From Polyangiales bacterium (GTDB lineage Bacteria > Myxococcota_A > Polyangia > Polyangiales > Polyangiaceae): 64,000 nt of DNA. Each line of letters starts with the position of its first letter. Positions within the stretch are counted from its first letter, which is position 1. The notes beneath the pieces are model-generated. The model was not told where the DNA came from and searched no databases. It was given only the letters and a program-made list of their open reading frames with translations. The stretch lies in the NCBI GenBank assembly GCA_038230375.1, contig JBBRNJ010000016.1, positions 1-64,000 of the forward strand, given 5' to 3'. Both the position numbers and the translations under genes were made by a program. This document shows, in pieces, positions 30,654 to 40,900 of the stretch.

Positions 30654-31567
30654 CGGCCCACGAGGCGCGTCCGGTGAACGACGTGCCCGATGCGGAGGTG
30701 GAGATCCGTACGACGGACGGCGCATGCTTGCGCGCGCACGCGTGGATGCCGGAGCATCGCGCGAAGAGCCGCGGCGCTCTCGTCCTCTCGCATGCGATGT
30801 TCGCCAACAAGAGCGAGTTCGCGCGCGCGGGCTTCGCAGCTCACTTTGCGCAGCAAGGCTTCGACGTGTGCTCGTTCGACTTCCGTGGTCACGGCGAGAG
30901 CGCGATGCCTTCGGCGGACGACGTCTCGTACGACGACCTCGTGAAGAGCGATCTCCCAGAGGTGGTGCGCGCGGTGCGCCTTCGCACGGCCGGCCCCGTG
31001 ATCGTCGTGGGCCACTCGCTTGGTGGTCACGCGGCAGCGGCGGCGTCCGGCCTTGGTCTCCTGGATGCGGACGCGCTGGTCCTTGTCGGAGGGAACATGT
31101 GGCTGCGCCGCTTCGAGCCGAGCGTCGCGCGCTGGCAGGCAAAGGTGCTCACCGCGCACGCCACGCTCTCGGTCACGCGGATGGCAGGCCGCATGCCGGC
31201 GAAGCGCCTGCGCATTGGCAGCGACGACGCTGGCGCACGGCTGATCTCTGCCGTGTTTCGCCCCGTCACGAGCGGCGCGTGGTGCAGCGACGACGGTCGT
31301 GTGGACTACACGGAGGCGCTCATGCGCGTCAGGATTCCAGTGCTGTCGGTCGTGAGTGATGGCGACGCGCTCATGTGTCATCCGGACTGCGGAGCTCGCT
31401 TCGCGCGTGCGACGGCCGGGTCGCACGAGGTCTTCCGCATTGCGCGCGCCGACGACGGCGGTCCGCCGCCCGACCACATGGGGATGGTTACGAGGTCCGG
31501 GTCAAGCTCCGCATGGCACGCCATCGAACGATTTTCGGATGAGGTCGCCAGCCACCTTGTCCGGTGA
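30650..31567 (+). CDS. Alpha/beta-fold hydrolase
   Basis: FDFRGHGES, GHSLGG nucleophile elbow, C-terminal DHMG. GTGA overlap with the astA stop. Confidence 0.85.
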   Translation: MTAHEARPVNDVPDAEVEIRTTDGACLRAHAWMPEHRAKSRGALVLSHAMFANKSEFARAGFAAHFAQQGFDVCSFDFRGHGESAMPSADDVSYDDLVKSDLPEVVRAVRLRTAGPVIVVGHSLGGHAAAAASGLGLLDADALVLVGGNMWLRRFEPSVARWQAKVLTAHATLSVTRMAGRMPAKRLRIGSDDAGARLISAVFRPVTSGAWCSDDGRVDYTEALMRVRIPVLSVVSDGDALMCHPDCGARFARATAGSHEVFRIARADDGGPPPDHMGMVTRSGSSSAWHAIERFSDEVASHLVR

Positions 31568-31625
31568 CGAACGCGAAAATCATAGATAGCGTTTTTGTCG
31601 CGATGAACACGCAGACGAGCCAGTC

Positions 31626-32276
31626 TTGAAAAGCACGGTCGACCAACTCAGGCGCGGCGCGCGCGTGCACTCGCTCATGTTCGCCTCTTACGTGGCGAAG
31701 AACTCCGATCGTCCGTACGACGTCGCGTGGGAAGGGCTCGTCTATCGTCGCGCGGACAAGAACGGCGCGTCGGGCGCGATCGTCTTCGGACGTGCGGGCG
31801 CCATCGGCGTGTTCTTCGATCCGCGCATCGCAGACAAGGCCACGAAGAAGGCGTCGGACATCCCGGCCATGCTGAAGGGCGCGCCCCCACCCATCCTCCA
31901 GGTCGCCAAGCGCGAGGCCCTCCCGCTCATGTCGCTGGACACGGACGTCCCGCGCCTGACGGCGGCGTTCTGGAGTGACGCGCAGGGAGGCATCGCCTCC
32001 GCAAAGTCGCTCGCGAAGTGTCTCGAGGACGGCGGGCATCTCGTGGAGCCAGAGCTCGACAAGGTGGAGAAGTGCGTAGCGAAGCTAGGCGAACGCTACG
32101 GCTTCGACGATGCCCGCGCTAAGGCGGTGCTCGACGTGTTCGCGAGCAAGGCCGCGCTAGCGCAGCCCGCAGCAGCGAAGGTGGTGCTCCCGAACAAGTC
32201 GCGAGAGGCACTGGGCCTGGTACCGAACACGGTGATCCGGGAGCTCCTCGCAGGAGCGGGCATCGAGCTGGAGTAG
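31626..32276 (+). CDS. Hypothetical protein
   Basis: 216-aa ORF with coding-like codon bias. The start is uncertain. Confidence 0.65.
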   Translation: MKSTVDQLRRGARVHSLMFASYVAKNSDRPYDVAWEGLVYRRADKNGASGAIVFGRAGAIGVFFDPRIADKATKKASDIPAMLKGAPPPILQVAKREALPLMSLDTDVPRLTAAFWSDAQGGIASAKSLAKCLEDGGHLVEPELDKVEKCVAKLGERYGFDDARAKAVLDVFASKAALAQPAAAKVVLPNKSREALGLVPNTVIRELLAGAGIELE

Positions 32277-32377
32277 TCGACCTTGAACTTCGACCTTGAA
32301 CTTCGACCTCGAACTTCGACCTCGACCCCGACCTCGACCCCGACGTGGACGTCGACCCCGACCTTCGACCCCGACCT
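32277..32377. repeat. Degenerate hexamer/heptamer array (CTCGAC/CCCGAC/CTTCGAC/CTTGAA), intergenic
   Basis: Read directly; begins immediately after the TAG at 32276. Confidence 0.85.
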
Positions 32378-32474
32378 CTCCAGGTGGATCGTCCGCTCGC
32401 CGACGTGTGGGGTACACGGCCGCTTTTTGTACGACGCCTCCCCAAAATCGCCTGAAATACGGGGTCATCTCGCC

Positions 32475-32490
32475 CGGCATGCCGTGTGCA
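32475..32490 (+). promoter_or_regulatory. Putative sigma54 -24/-12 promoter
   Basis: CGGCATGCCGTGTGCA; the -12 C is 14 nt before ATG 32503. Confidence 0.5.
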
Positions 32491-32502
32491 CTTTGACTAC
32501 AC

Positions 32503-33513
32503 ATGCTCCGCACGACGACATCCTCCGCGTCTCGCTGGCTTGCCATCTCCTCCCTCGCGACGGCCCTGGTCGGCTGCCTCGCCGCTGGCTGCTCGAGCGC
32601 AGATGCCCCGTCCGACGGGACCATCACGGAGTCGCCGGTGCAGATCAAGAAGTCGCTCTCGGGTCGCTATGAACCGATGACGGCGGAGGGCGCGCCCACG
32701 TCCGAGCTGTACGGCATCAGCTCGCTCTGGTTCAACGGCAACGGCGACTACCAGATGGTGACCGCGAACTGCGATTCCGATTGCGAGGAGACCGGCGTCT
32801 ACAGCATCGACGCAAGCAACGTCCTCACGCTCAAGAGCTTCAAGAACATCGAGCGCAGCTTCCATCTGGACAGCCTGCTCACGGACGCCGCGCCGGCCTC
32901 GGAGACCGTGAACCTGGAGAACACGGGCGGCTCCTCCGGCGGCGCCGGTGGTAGCGGCAGCGGCGGCAGTGGCGCGTGCGGCACCACGGATCAGTACCAG
33001 TCGAGCGACGAGTCGAGCAGCAGCTCCTCGTGCAACGCAAGCAGCGCACCGAGCGGCGCGGCGCGCGGCGTGGGCATGACTCCGAAGAGCGGCCCGAAGG
33101 TCGGCGACGGCAAGTCCTCCGCGGGCGCGAGCAGCATGGGCCGCACAGGCGGCGGTCAGGCGAGCCCGACGGCCGCGCACAAGCAGACCGTGACACTCCT
33201 CTACCTTGGCAGCCCCGCGTTCCTGAAGCGCTGCGCCGGCGGCAAGTACGGCTGCGGCCAGAGCGTCGACACGTATCCGGAGTCGGATCTCTATTTCTCT
33301 GCGCCGCTCCACACCGTCAGCTGCGGCGGCAAGGCGAAGTTCTGCAAGGGCACCACCTGCGTCACCGCGACGCGCGTCGAGTCGTCCGATTCGCATCAGC
33401 ACTTCGAAGGCTCGAACGGCCTCATCCGCGCGCTCGGCGACACGCCCGTCGATCCGTCGAAGGGCTGCAGCGGCGGCAGCGGAACCATCACGGGCGTGAC
33501 GATCGCCTGGTGA
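32503..33513 (+). CDS. Lipoprotein with a Gly/Ser linker and C-terminal RlpA/expansin-like double-psi beta-barrel (predicted)
   Basis: Lipobox AAGC. The C-terminal GCG..YFSAP..CGGKAKFCKGTTCVTATRVE..EGSNGLIRALG..GTITGVTIAW pattern resembles DPBB domains. Confidence 0.6.
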   Translation: MLRTTTSSASRWLAISSLATALVGCLAAGCSSADAPSDGTITESPVQIKKSLSGRYEPMTAEGAPTSELYGISSLWFNGNGDYQMVTANCDSDCEETGVYSIDASNVLTLKSFKNIERSFHLDSLLTDAAPASETVNLENTGGSSGGAGGSGSGGSGACGTTDQYQSSDESSSSSSCNASSAPSGAARGVGMTPKSGPKVGDGKSSAGASSMGRTGGGQASPTAAHKQTVTLLYLGSPAFLKRCAGGKYGCGQSVDTYPESDLYFSAPLHTVSCGGKAKFCKGTTCVTATRVESSDSHQHFEGSNGLIRALGDTPVDPSKGCSGGSGTITGVTIAW

Positions 33514-33540
33514 CCCCGCGGGTGGAGTAGACACGTTGCC

Positions 33541-34557
33541 ATGCGACGCGTCCTCATTCGATCTGCCGGTGGCTACGAGAAGCTCACGCTCGAGGACGCG
33601 CCCGATCCGGTGGCGGGGCCCGATGAGGAGCTCGTTCGGGTAGAGGCCATCGGTGTGAACTACGCGGACTGCATCGTCCGCATGGGACTCTATGCCTCCG
33701 CCAAGGAGTACGTGGGCTGGCCCATCACCCCGGGCTTCGAGATCGCAGGTGTGACGCCCGACGGCAGACGCGTGCTCGCTCTGACGCGCTTCGGCGGCTA
33801 TGCGACCCATGTCGTCGTTCCGAAGCGGCAGGTGTTTCCGCTTCCGGAGGGCTTCAGCATGGCGGAGGCCGCCGCGTTTCCTGCCGTGAACCTCACCGCG
33901 TACTACGCGCTACACGAGCTCTGCAAGCTGCGGCCTGGCATGTCGCTTCTCGTGCACTCCGCTGCCGGTGGCGTGGGCTCGTCGCTCGTGACGCTCGGGA
34001 AGATCGCCGGCTGCCGCGTGGTCGCCGTCGTGGGCGGCTCGCACAAGGTCTCGCACGTGCGCGCGCTCGGCGCTGACCTCGTCATCGACAAGTCGCGCGA
34101 GGACCTGTGGCAGGCCGCCGAGCGCTTCGCTCCCAAGGGCTACGACGTGGTGCTGGATGCGAACGGCGTGGAGACCCTCAAGAAGAGCTTCACGCACCTC
34201 GCGCCAACGGGACGTCTCGTCGTCTATGGCTTCGCCACCATGCTGCCGAAGAGCGACGACGGCACACCCGGCAAACCGCGATGTGGCAAGCTCGCCGTCG
34301 ACTGGCTCCGCACGCCGCGCTTCGATCCGCTCGCGATGACGAACGAGAACAAGAGCGTCATGGCGTTCAACCTCTCCTATCTCTTCGACCGCCCAGATCT
34401 GATGGCCGAGTCCATGGGCGCGCTCCTCGGCTGGGTCAAGGAAGGAAAGCTCAGTGCGCCGCGCGTGGAGAAGTTTTCCATGGAGCGCGTGGCGGATGCG
34501 CATCGCGCGCTGGAGTCCGGCAGGACGATCGGAAAGCTCGTGCTCGAAGTGACGTGA
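33541..34557 (+). CDS. Medium-chain dehydrogenase/reductase (quinone oxidoreductase, VAT-1-like)
   Basis: GVNYAD, TPGFEIAG, TRFGGYA, VHSAAGGVG, TIGKLVL. Confidence 0.92.
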   Translation: MRRVLIRSAGGYEKLTLEDAPDPVAGPDEELVRVEAIGVNYADCIVRMGLYASAKEYVGWPITPGFEIAGVTPDGRRVLALTRFGGYATHVVVPKRQVFPLPEGFSMAEAAAFPAVNLTAYYALHELCKLRPGMSLLVHSAAGGVGSSLVTLGKIAGCRVVAVVGGSHKVSHVRALGADLVIDKSREDLWQAAERFAPKGYDVVLDANGVETLKKSFTHLAPTGRLVVYGFATMLPKSDDGTPGKPRCGKLAVDWLRTPRFDPLAMTNENKSVMAFNLSYLFDRPDLMAESMGALLGWVKEGKLSAPRVEKFSMERVADAHRALESGRTIGKLVLEVT

Positions 34558-34645
34558 CGTGACCACGGTCAGCTCTGGTCAGCCAATGGTCGACCAGATG
34601 GCCACAGGCCAGGGCAATTTGCAGCAGAATGGGGCAGACGCGCGC

Positions 34646-34660
34646 TGGCACGGTGCTCGC
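34646..34660 (+). promoter_or_regulatory. Putative sigma54 -24/-12 promoter
   Basis: TGGCACGGTGCTCGC upstream of the TerB-like gene. Confidence 0.4.
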
Positions 34661-34691
34661 GAAGGGAGTCTCCGAAAAGGCAGGTCCCCTC

Positions 34692-35084
34692 ATGTCGATG
34701 CAAAGCACGCACGTAGTAGCCGATCTCACGCAGGTTCAGCGTGAGCGCGTTCTCAGATTCGCCGTCTCCTCCGCGTGGGCGGACCTGTCGCTCGACGAGC
34801 GCGAGGTCGCGGTGCTCTTCGAGATCGCGGACGAGCTGGAGCTAGCACCCGCAGGTCGTGCGCGCTTCCTATCGTCGCTGGGAGGGCCGCCGTTGCCGGA
34901 GGATGTGGACCCTGCATCCGTGGGTGAGGAAGAACGTGCGCTCTGTCTGTCCGCGACGTCGCGTGTGATCGCGGCGGATGGACGCAAGACAGAAGAGGAG
35001 GAGGCATTTCTTGCGCTCCTGAGCGAGCTTCTTGGTCCCGACAACCGGGGCTTCCAGGATGGAGTCACCAGATCGTCACCCTAG
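34692..35084 (+). CDS. TerB-family (tellurite resistance-like) protein
   Basis: [11 protein letters not shown] and [12 protein letters not shown] paired motifs. Confidence 0.75.
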   Translation: MSMQSTHVVADLTQVQRERVLRFAVSSAWADLSLDEREVAVLFEIADELELAPAGRARFLSSLGGPPLPEDVDPASVGEEERALCLSATSRVIAADGRKTEEEEAFLALLSELLGPDNRGFQDGVTRSSP

Positions 35085-35124
35085 CTTCACGCTGTACACG
35101 CCCGGCCGCTGCACCTTGCGCTAC

Positions 35125-35910
35125 ATGGCCGCAGCCGCAACGTTCGAGCGTGGTGAGTCGCAGGTGCTCCGCACGCGGCAGCTCACCGTCGCGTATGGAG
35201 AGAAGGTCGCGGTCAAGGATGTCTCGCTCGACATTCGCGACCGCGAAATCATCGCGCTCATAGGCCCCAGCGGCTGCGGCAAGAGCACCTTCCTTCGCAC
35301 CCTGAACCGCATGAACGACACGGTGGATGGCGTGCGGGTCACGGGCTCCGTGGAGCTCCTGGGGCATGACATCTACGCCAAGGACGTGGACCCGGTGCTC
35401 GTTCGGCGGCACGTGGGCATGGTCTTCCAGCGGCCGAATCCGCTCGCGAAGAGCATCTTCGACAACGTGGCGTATGGGATGCGCGTGGCGGGAATACGAG
35501 ACAAGAAGGTGCTCGCGCAGCGCGTGGAGAGCGCGCTCGAGAGCGCGGCGCTGTTCGCGGAGGTGAAGGACCGGCTCCAGGAGTCGGCGCTGAGCCTCTC
35601 CGGCGGCCAGCAACAACGCCTGTGCGTCGCGCGCGCGCTTGCGTGCGAGCCCAGCGTGCTCCTGATGGATGAGCCTGCCAGCGCGCTGGATCCGATCTCC
35701 ACGGAGAAGGTCGAGGAGCTGGTCGTGGAGCTGGCCAAGCGTCTGTGCATCGTCATCGTCACGCACAGCATGAACCAGGCGATCCGCGTCGCGCACCGGA
35801 CCGCATTCTTCTACCTGGGCGAGCTTGTGGAGGTCGGCCCAACGGAGGAGCTGTTCGAGTCACCGCGGCAGGAACGGACGAAGAGCTACGTCACGGGGAG
35901 GTTTGGATGA
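35125..35910 (+). CDS. pstB: Phosphate ABC transporter ATP-binding protein
   Basis: [49 protein letters not shown]. Confidence 0.96.
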   Translation: MAAAATFERGESQVLRTRQLTVAYGEKVAVKDVSLDIRDREIIALIGPSGCGKSTFLRTLNRMNDTVDGVRVTGSVELLGHDIYAKDVDPVLVRRHVGMVFQRPNPLAKSIFDNVAYGMRVAGIRDKKVLAQRVESALESAALFAEVKDRLQESALSLSGGQQQRLCVARALACEPSVLLMDEPASALDPISTEKVEELVVELAKRLCIVIVTHSMNQAIRVAHRTAFFYLGELVEVGPTEELFESPRQERTKSYVTGRFG

Positions 35911-36803
35911 GAACGATATTTGCACTCTGCATGTTTTCGCTCGCGCTCGCTGGCTGCACCCGCACAGATGGGGGAGGGCAGGGGAACGGGGGGCCATCCG
36001 GGTCCACGTCGTCCACGTCAGTCATGACGGAGAAGAGCTCCCTGCAGGTGAAGGGCTCGGACACGATGGTCATCCTTGGCCAGCGCTGGGCAGAGAGCTT
36101 CATGAAGGAGAACCCGGCTGTCTCTGTGCAGGTCATGGGCGGTGGCTCCGGCACGGGAATCGCGGCGCTCATCAACGGCACCACGGACATCTGTCAGGCA
36201 AGCCGTCCGATGAAGGACAAGGAGAAGGACGACCTCAAGGCCAAGCGCGGTCAGCCCGCGGTGGAGATCAAGGTCGCGCTGGATGCGCTCGCCATCTACG
36301 TGAACGAGAAGAACCCCATGACGGAGATCGCGCTGCCGGACCTGGGCAAGATCTTCAAGGGCGAGCTCGTGCAGTGGAAGGAGGTCGGGGGACCCGCGAC
36401 GAAGGTCGTCCTGTACGGGCGAGAGAACAGCTCGGGCACGTACAGCTTCTTCAAGGAGCACGTGCTGGAGAACAAGGACTTCGCCTCATCCACGCAGGCG
36501 CTGGCCGGCACGTCCGCCGTGGTCGCCGCCGTGAAGGGCGACGCGAACGGTATTGGCTATGGGGGCATCGCGTTCTCCGAAGGCATCCACGTCCTGAACG
36601 TGAAGAAGGACGCATCATCGCCAGCGGTGAAGCCGTCGCTCGAGAGCGCGCAGAGCGGCGCGTACCCGCTCGCTCGTTTTCTGTACTTCTACACGGCGGG
36701 TGAGCCCGCGGGTGCGTCGAAGCGCTTCGTCGAGTGGGTGAAGAGCGACGCGGGGCAAAAGGTGATCGAGAGCGTCGGGTACTACCCGCTGGTCAGGAAC
36801 TGA
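35907..36803 (+). CDS. pstS: Phosphate ABC transporter substrate-binding lipoprotein
   Basis: [36 protein letters not shown]. Confidence 0.93.
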   Translation: MRTIFALCMFSLALAGCTRTDGGGQGNGGPSGSTSSTSVMTEKSSLQVKGSDTMVILGQRWAESFMKENPAVSVQVMGGGSGTGIAALINGTTDICQASRPMKDKEKDDLKAKRGQPAVEIKVALDALAIYVNEKNPMTEIALPDLGKIFKGELVQWKEVGGPATKVVLYGRENSSGTYSFFKEHVLENKDFASSTQALAGTSAVVAAVKGDANGIGYGGIAFSEGIHVLNVKKDASSPAVKPSLESAQSGAYPLARFLYFYTAGEPAGASKRFVEWVKSDAGQKVIESVGYYPLVRN

Positions 36804-36805
36804 AC

Positions 36806-37768
36806 ATGCAGCACTCCAGCGCCAATCTCCTCAGGACCGCGCCGAAGACGGGCAAGAACCCGTTCACGGCATCCACGAGGCCGCTGGAGGCCATCGCGGA
36901 GGGCGTCGTGATGGTAACGGCGCTGCTGTCGATCCTGGCGCTGCTGCTCATCGTCGTGTTCGTCCTGAAGGAGGCGCTGCTAGGGAGCGAGCCGATCTCG
37001 GTCTCGGACATGCTGTCCTTCGACTCGAAGAAGGCCGCGTGGCAGCCCGTGAGTGAGGTGCCCCGATACAGCGTGTGGCCGCTCCTGCTCGGCACGCTCA
37101 AGATCACGCTGGTGTCGATGTTGGTGGCGGTCCCCGTGAGCCTGGGCGCCGCCGTCTACACCGCGGAGCTTGCGCCGCGTCGCATGCGCGAGCTGATCAA
37201 GCCCGCGGTCGAGCTCCTGTCCGGTCTTCCGTCGGTGGTCGTCGGGTTCTTCGCGCTCGTCGTGCTCGCCACGTGGACGCAGTCCCTGCTGGGCGCGGAG
37301 CATCGCCTCAATGCGGTCGTGGCGGGTCTTGGCCTCGCGTTCTGCGTGTGCCCCGTGATCTTCTCGCTCGCGGAGGACGCGCTGCGCGCCGTGCCTCGTG
37401 CGTACGTGGACGCGAGCCTCGCGCTCGGCGCGAGTCGCACCACCACGATCTTCCGCGTGCTCCTTCCAGCTGCGGCCCCCGGGCTCCTCTCGGCGGTGAT
37501 GCTCGGCTTCGGGCGCGCGATCGGTGAGACCATGATTGTCGTCCTTGCATCCGGCAACGCCGCGCTCCTGGACGCGCGCTTCGACCACTCTGCGCGGACG
37601 GTCACGGCGACCATCGCGCAGGAGCTGGGTGAGGTCGTGGTGGGCAGCACGCACTACCGCATGCTCTTCGTCCTGGGCCTCGCGCTCTTCTTCTCCACCC
37701 TCGGCATCAACATCCTCGCGCAGCGCGCGTCTGCACGCATGCGCAAGAAGCTGGGTGGTGGGGCGTGA
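36806..37768 (+). CDS. pstC: Phosphate ABC transporter permease
   Basis: PLLLGTL, ELLSGLPSVVVG, AEDALRAVP, GRAIGETM. Confidence 0.93.
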   Translation: MQHSSANLLRTAPKTGKNPFTASTRPLEAIAEGVVMVTALLSILALLLIVVFVLKEALLGSEPISVSDMLSFDSKKAAWQPVSEVPRYSVWPLLLGTLKITLVSMLVAVPVSLGAAVYTAELAPRRMRELIKPAVELLSGLPSVVVGFFALVVLATWTQSLLGAEHRLNAVVAGLGLAFCVCPVIFSLAEDALRAVPRAYVDASLALGASRTTTIFRVLLPAAAPGLLSAVMLGFGRAIGETMIVVLASGNAALLDARFDHSARTVTATIAQELGEVVVGSTHYRMLFVLGLALFFSTLGINILAQRASARMRKKLGGGA

Positions 37769-38703
37769 TCTCCCCCGTCGCCGATCGTGAAGCGCGTTCG
37801 TTTGCGTCGCGTCCCATCGACCTCGTGCCGAGCTACCTCACGACCGCGCTCACGGGAGGCTGCGCGTTCCTCCTGATCCTCATGTTCGGCGTGGTCATGG
37901 TGGATGTGCTCCGGCACGGCCTACCCGTGCTCTCGTGGGAATTTCTCTCCCAGCCCCCGCGCGAGGGCATGACGAAGGGCGGCATCCTGCCCGCCATCGT
38001 GGGCACCACGCTGCTCACGCTGCTCATGACCGTGATGACCGTCCCCGCGGGCGTCCTCACCGCGATCTACCTCTGCGAGTACTCGCCCCGGGACTCGAGG
38101 CTCGCGTACGTCGTTCGGCTCTGTGTGAAGAATCTCGCGGGTGTGCCGTCCATCGTCTACGGCCTCTTCGGCGTGGGGTTCTTCGTGGCCGCGCTGGGCA
38201 GCGGGCTCGATGGCGCGCTCTTCGGCGGTCACACCACCTACGGCAAGGGCTGCCTGGTGTGGGCGTCCGCCACCCTTGCGATCCTCACGCTGCCTGTCGT
38301 GGTCGTCGCGACCGAGGAGGCGCTGCTCGCGGTACCAAGGGAGATGAGGGACGGAAGCCTCGCGCTCGGCGCGACCAAGCTGCAGACCATCGTGCGCGTC
38401 GTGCTCCCGCGCGCGCTCCCCGGAATCCCCACGGGCGCCATCCTCGCGATCGGGCGCGGCGCGGGAGAGGTCGCGCCCATCCTGTTCACGGGCGCCGCGT
38501 ACTACCTGCCGGAGCTGCCCACGCACATGAACGATCCGTTCATGAACCTGGGCTACCACGTCTACGTGCTTGCCACGCAGTCACCCAATGTCGACCAGAC
38601 AAGACCGCTGCTCTACGGAACGGTGCTCGTGCTGCTCGTGATCTCGTTCGCGATGAATTTCACCGCGTTCATCGTGCGGTCGCGCATGAGGGCGAAGGAG
38701 TAG
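37765..38703 (+). CDS. pstA: Phosphate ABC transporter permease
   Basis: GGILPAIVGT, NLAGVPSIVYGLFG, TEEALLAVP, GRGAGEVAP. Confidence 0.93.
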   Translation: MISPVADREARSFASRPIDLVPSYLTTALTGGCAFLLILMFGVVMVDVLRHGLPVLSWEFLSQPPREGMTKGGILPAIVGTTLLTLLMTVMTVPAGVLTAIYLCEYSPRDSRLAYVVRLCVKNLAGVPSIVYGLFGVGFFVAALGSGLDGALFGGHTTYGKGCLVWASATLAILTLPVVVVATEEALLAVPREMRDGSLALGATKLQTIVRVVLPRALPGIPTGAILAIGRGAGEVAPILFTGAAYYLPELPTHMNDPFMNLGYHVYVLATQSPNVDQTRPLLYGTVLVLLVISFAMNFTAFIVRSRMRAKE

Positions 38704-38788
38704 GGGAGGGAAGCCTCGGGAGCTGTGCTTGCGCGCAGTTGGACGTGTGAGCTGTTCCAGACCACGCTCTCGCGGTAGCGTCGATGAG

Positions 38789-39781
38789 GTGGCAGAGGAC
38801 GACCCATATCGTGATCCGCGCGAGGGGCAGCGCATCCACGAGGAGCGGCGTCGCGAGGAGCAGGAAGAGCACGCGCGTTTTGCTGGCGCGGTGCGACCAC
38901 CGATCTCGGCGCGGCGAATCGTGCTCGCGCTCTTCGTGCTCGCCTGCGCGTCGGGCTCGCTCGTGTACTGGCTGCGGAAGACGCAAGTGATCGCCCCACC
39001 GGTATCGCCTGCGCCCTCGGCCGCGAGACTGGATTCGCTCGCGTGCGTGCAGCTCCTGGCCGACTATCACGCCGCGCTCGACAAGGCGCGCGCGTGCACG
39101 CAGGACAGCCACTGCGTCGCCGAGCAGCGCGGTCTCTACATGACGGGCCTCGACGGGTGCGCGCGCTTCGCAGTGCCGAGCAAGGACCTGCTCGTCGCGG
39201 ACGACAGAGCCCAGCGCTGGCAAGCCGGCGGATGCGCGGGCGAGTACCGCCTATGCGTCGTGCCTCGCCCCGCGATCTGCGAGCAGCAGCTGTGCACGGA
39301 GAAACCACCTGACTTCGTTCCGCGCTCGTGGCACCGGCTGCAGCTTCCTGGCGTGTTCACGTTCTTCGCGCCCGGGGATGTCGTGGACATCGGCCTGGGT
39401 GGACTTATCCCCGAGGACTCCTGGGTCACGCGCTTCGGCAACCCGAGTTACTTGTTCTCGTTCGACGTGCAGGGCTTCAACGTGGAGCCACTGCCGGAAG
39501 GCGGGATTCCCGCACGCACGGACGGGCGCATCGTGCGGGGCGAAGAGATGATGCTCGGCGGAGCGCGCGCGCGCCTGGACATCACCGTGCCGTTCGACGC
39601 GGATGCCAACGGCCCGTTCGACGTCTCCGTGTGGTCGCCCAGGGTCCCCAGCCAGGTCACGCCGGAGAACATGTACTTCGCTGGGGGGCACCCCGTCTCG
39701 GTCGGCATTCGCAGCACGTGCGCGACGAGGGCGGACTGCGATGAGCTCGTGAAGATGCTGCGCACGTTCGAGCCCTGGTGA
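38789..39781 (+). CDS. Membrane-anchored hypothetical protein with a Cys-rich module
   Basis: One TM helix followed by CTQDSHC..C..C..C. The start is estimated. Confidence 0.6.
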   Translation: MAEDDPYRDPREGQRIHEERRREEQEEHARFAGAVRPPISARRIVLALFVLACASGSLVYWLRKTQVIAPPVSPAPSAARLDSLACVQLLADYHAALDKARACTQDSHCVAEQRGLYMTGLDGCARFAVPSKDLLVADDRAQRWQAGGCAGEYRLCVVPRPAICEQQLCTEKPPDFVPRSWHRLQLPGVFTFFAPGDVVDIGLGGLIPEDSWVTRFGNPSYLFSFDVQGFNVEPLPEGGIPARTDGRIVRGEEMMLGGARARLDITVPFDADANGPFDVSVWSPRVPSQVTPENMYFAGGHPVSVGIRSTCATRADCDELVKMLRTFEPW

Positions 39782-39804
39782 GGTCGAACCTGCGCCGCCA
39801 CGGA

Positions 39805-40686
39805 TTAGCGGCCCTTCGTTGAGGTCTCTGTCGATGCCGCCAGAAACGCCGACACATCCGCGGCGTCGATGCGCGCGTGAAGACGCTCCTTCAGCGCGCG
39901 CTCCCTCTCGCGCAGCGCGTCCTCGCCACCCAGGCGCGTGAGGTCCTCGCGGAACAGCTGCTCGTGCGCGAGATCCTCGAGGATCGACGCGGCGAAATCG
40001 ACGCCGCGCTTCGTGTCGATGCCGAACGTGAGATGCACGGAAGGAGACGTCAGGACCTCCGCGTGATGCACCTCGCCGCGCGGCAGATAGAGCACGTCGC
40101 CGGCGCTCACGAGGCCGTCCCACTGCGGCGCACCAAAATCCACGCCGTCCGGGCTGCGCGTGATGGGTGAGGGCGTGGGCGTCCCGTGCGAGAACCACCG
40201 CTTTGCGCCGAGCACCTGCAGCACCAGCACGTCGTGGTCGTCGTAGTGCGGTGCCAGCGCGCCGCCCGCTCCGTGCGTGACGTACGCGTTCGCCCAGACC
40301 GTATGCCCGAGCCGCTCCGCCAGCGCCGCGGAGAGCCGCGCGATATCCGGCACGTCCTCGTCGATGGCAGCCACGACGAAGCTCACGCCTTCCGCGATCA
40401 AGGTGTCGAGAGCGTCCTTCCGCACGCGCCCCTCCGCCGTGCGAAACGCGTTCGCAGGCACGACGTCCCCCGCACGAAGTACCGAGAGCCGCGTCGCGGG
40501 CAGGTGCTCGGACGACAGGAGTCGCTCGAGCATCCACATCGGAAGCAGAGGCTCCGCCCGCCGTGCATCGCCGCCCGTCACGAGCATCCGCTCCTTCCGG
40601 ACGAACGCATCGACGAACGCAGCGTCCGGCGTGTCGCCCAGCAGCGATCGCAGGTCGAAGGGCGACGGGTTCGCTTCGCGGCTCAC
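39805..40686 (-). CDS. JmjC/cupin-4 family 2-oxoglutarate/Fe(II) oxygenase
   Basis: ANAYVT, PHYDDHDVLVLQVLGAKRW, GDVLYLPRGEVH. Confidence 0.9.
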   Translation of the reverse strand: MSREANPSPFDLRSLLGDTPDAAFVDAFVRKERMLVTGGDARRAEPLLPMWMLERLLSSEHLPATRLSVLRAGDVVPANAFRTAEGRVRKDALDTLIAEGVSFVVAAIDEDVPDIARLSAALAERLGHTVWANAYVTHGAGGALAPHYDDHDVLVLQVLGAKRWFSHGTPTPSPITRSPDGVDFGAPQWDGLVSAGDVLYLPRGEVHHAEVLTSPSVHLTFGIDTKRGVDFAASILEDLAHEQLFREDLTRLGGEDALRERERALKERLHARIDAADVSAFLAASTETSTKGR

Positions 40687-40710
40687 CCACTTCAAGTTAC
40701 ACCATGGCCA

Positions 40711-40849
40711 CGAGGTCGAGGTCGTCGTCGAGGTCGAAGTCGTCGTCGAGGTCGAGGTCGAGGTCGTCGTCGAGGTCGAAGTCGAGGTCGTCGTCGAAGT
40801 CGAGGTCGTCATCGAGGTCGCGGTCGAGGTCGCGGTCGAGGTCGTCGTC
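40711..40849. repeat. Degenerate hexamer array (GAGGTC/GAAGTC/GTCGTC/GCGGTC) between divergent genes
   Basis: Read directly. Confidence 0.9.
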
Positions 40850-40900
40850 CCGCCGCCCCGGCGGTTTCGTGATAGGGTTCCGTCCGAGAAATCACTGATC

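Noticed and set aside
40277..40900. N-terminal extension of ThrS (867-aa ORF) including poly-VE
   Set aside because: It overlaps the antisense JmjC gene and passes through a stop-free repeat. ThrS-like sequence begins at ATG 40901.
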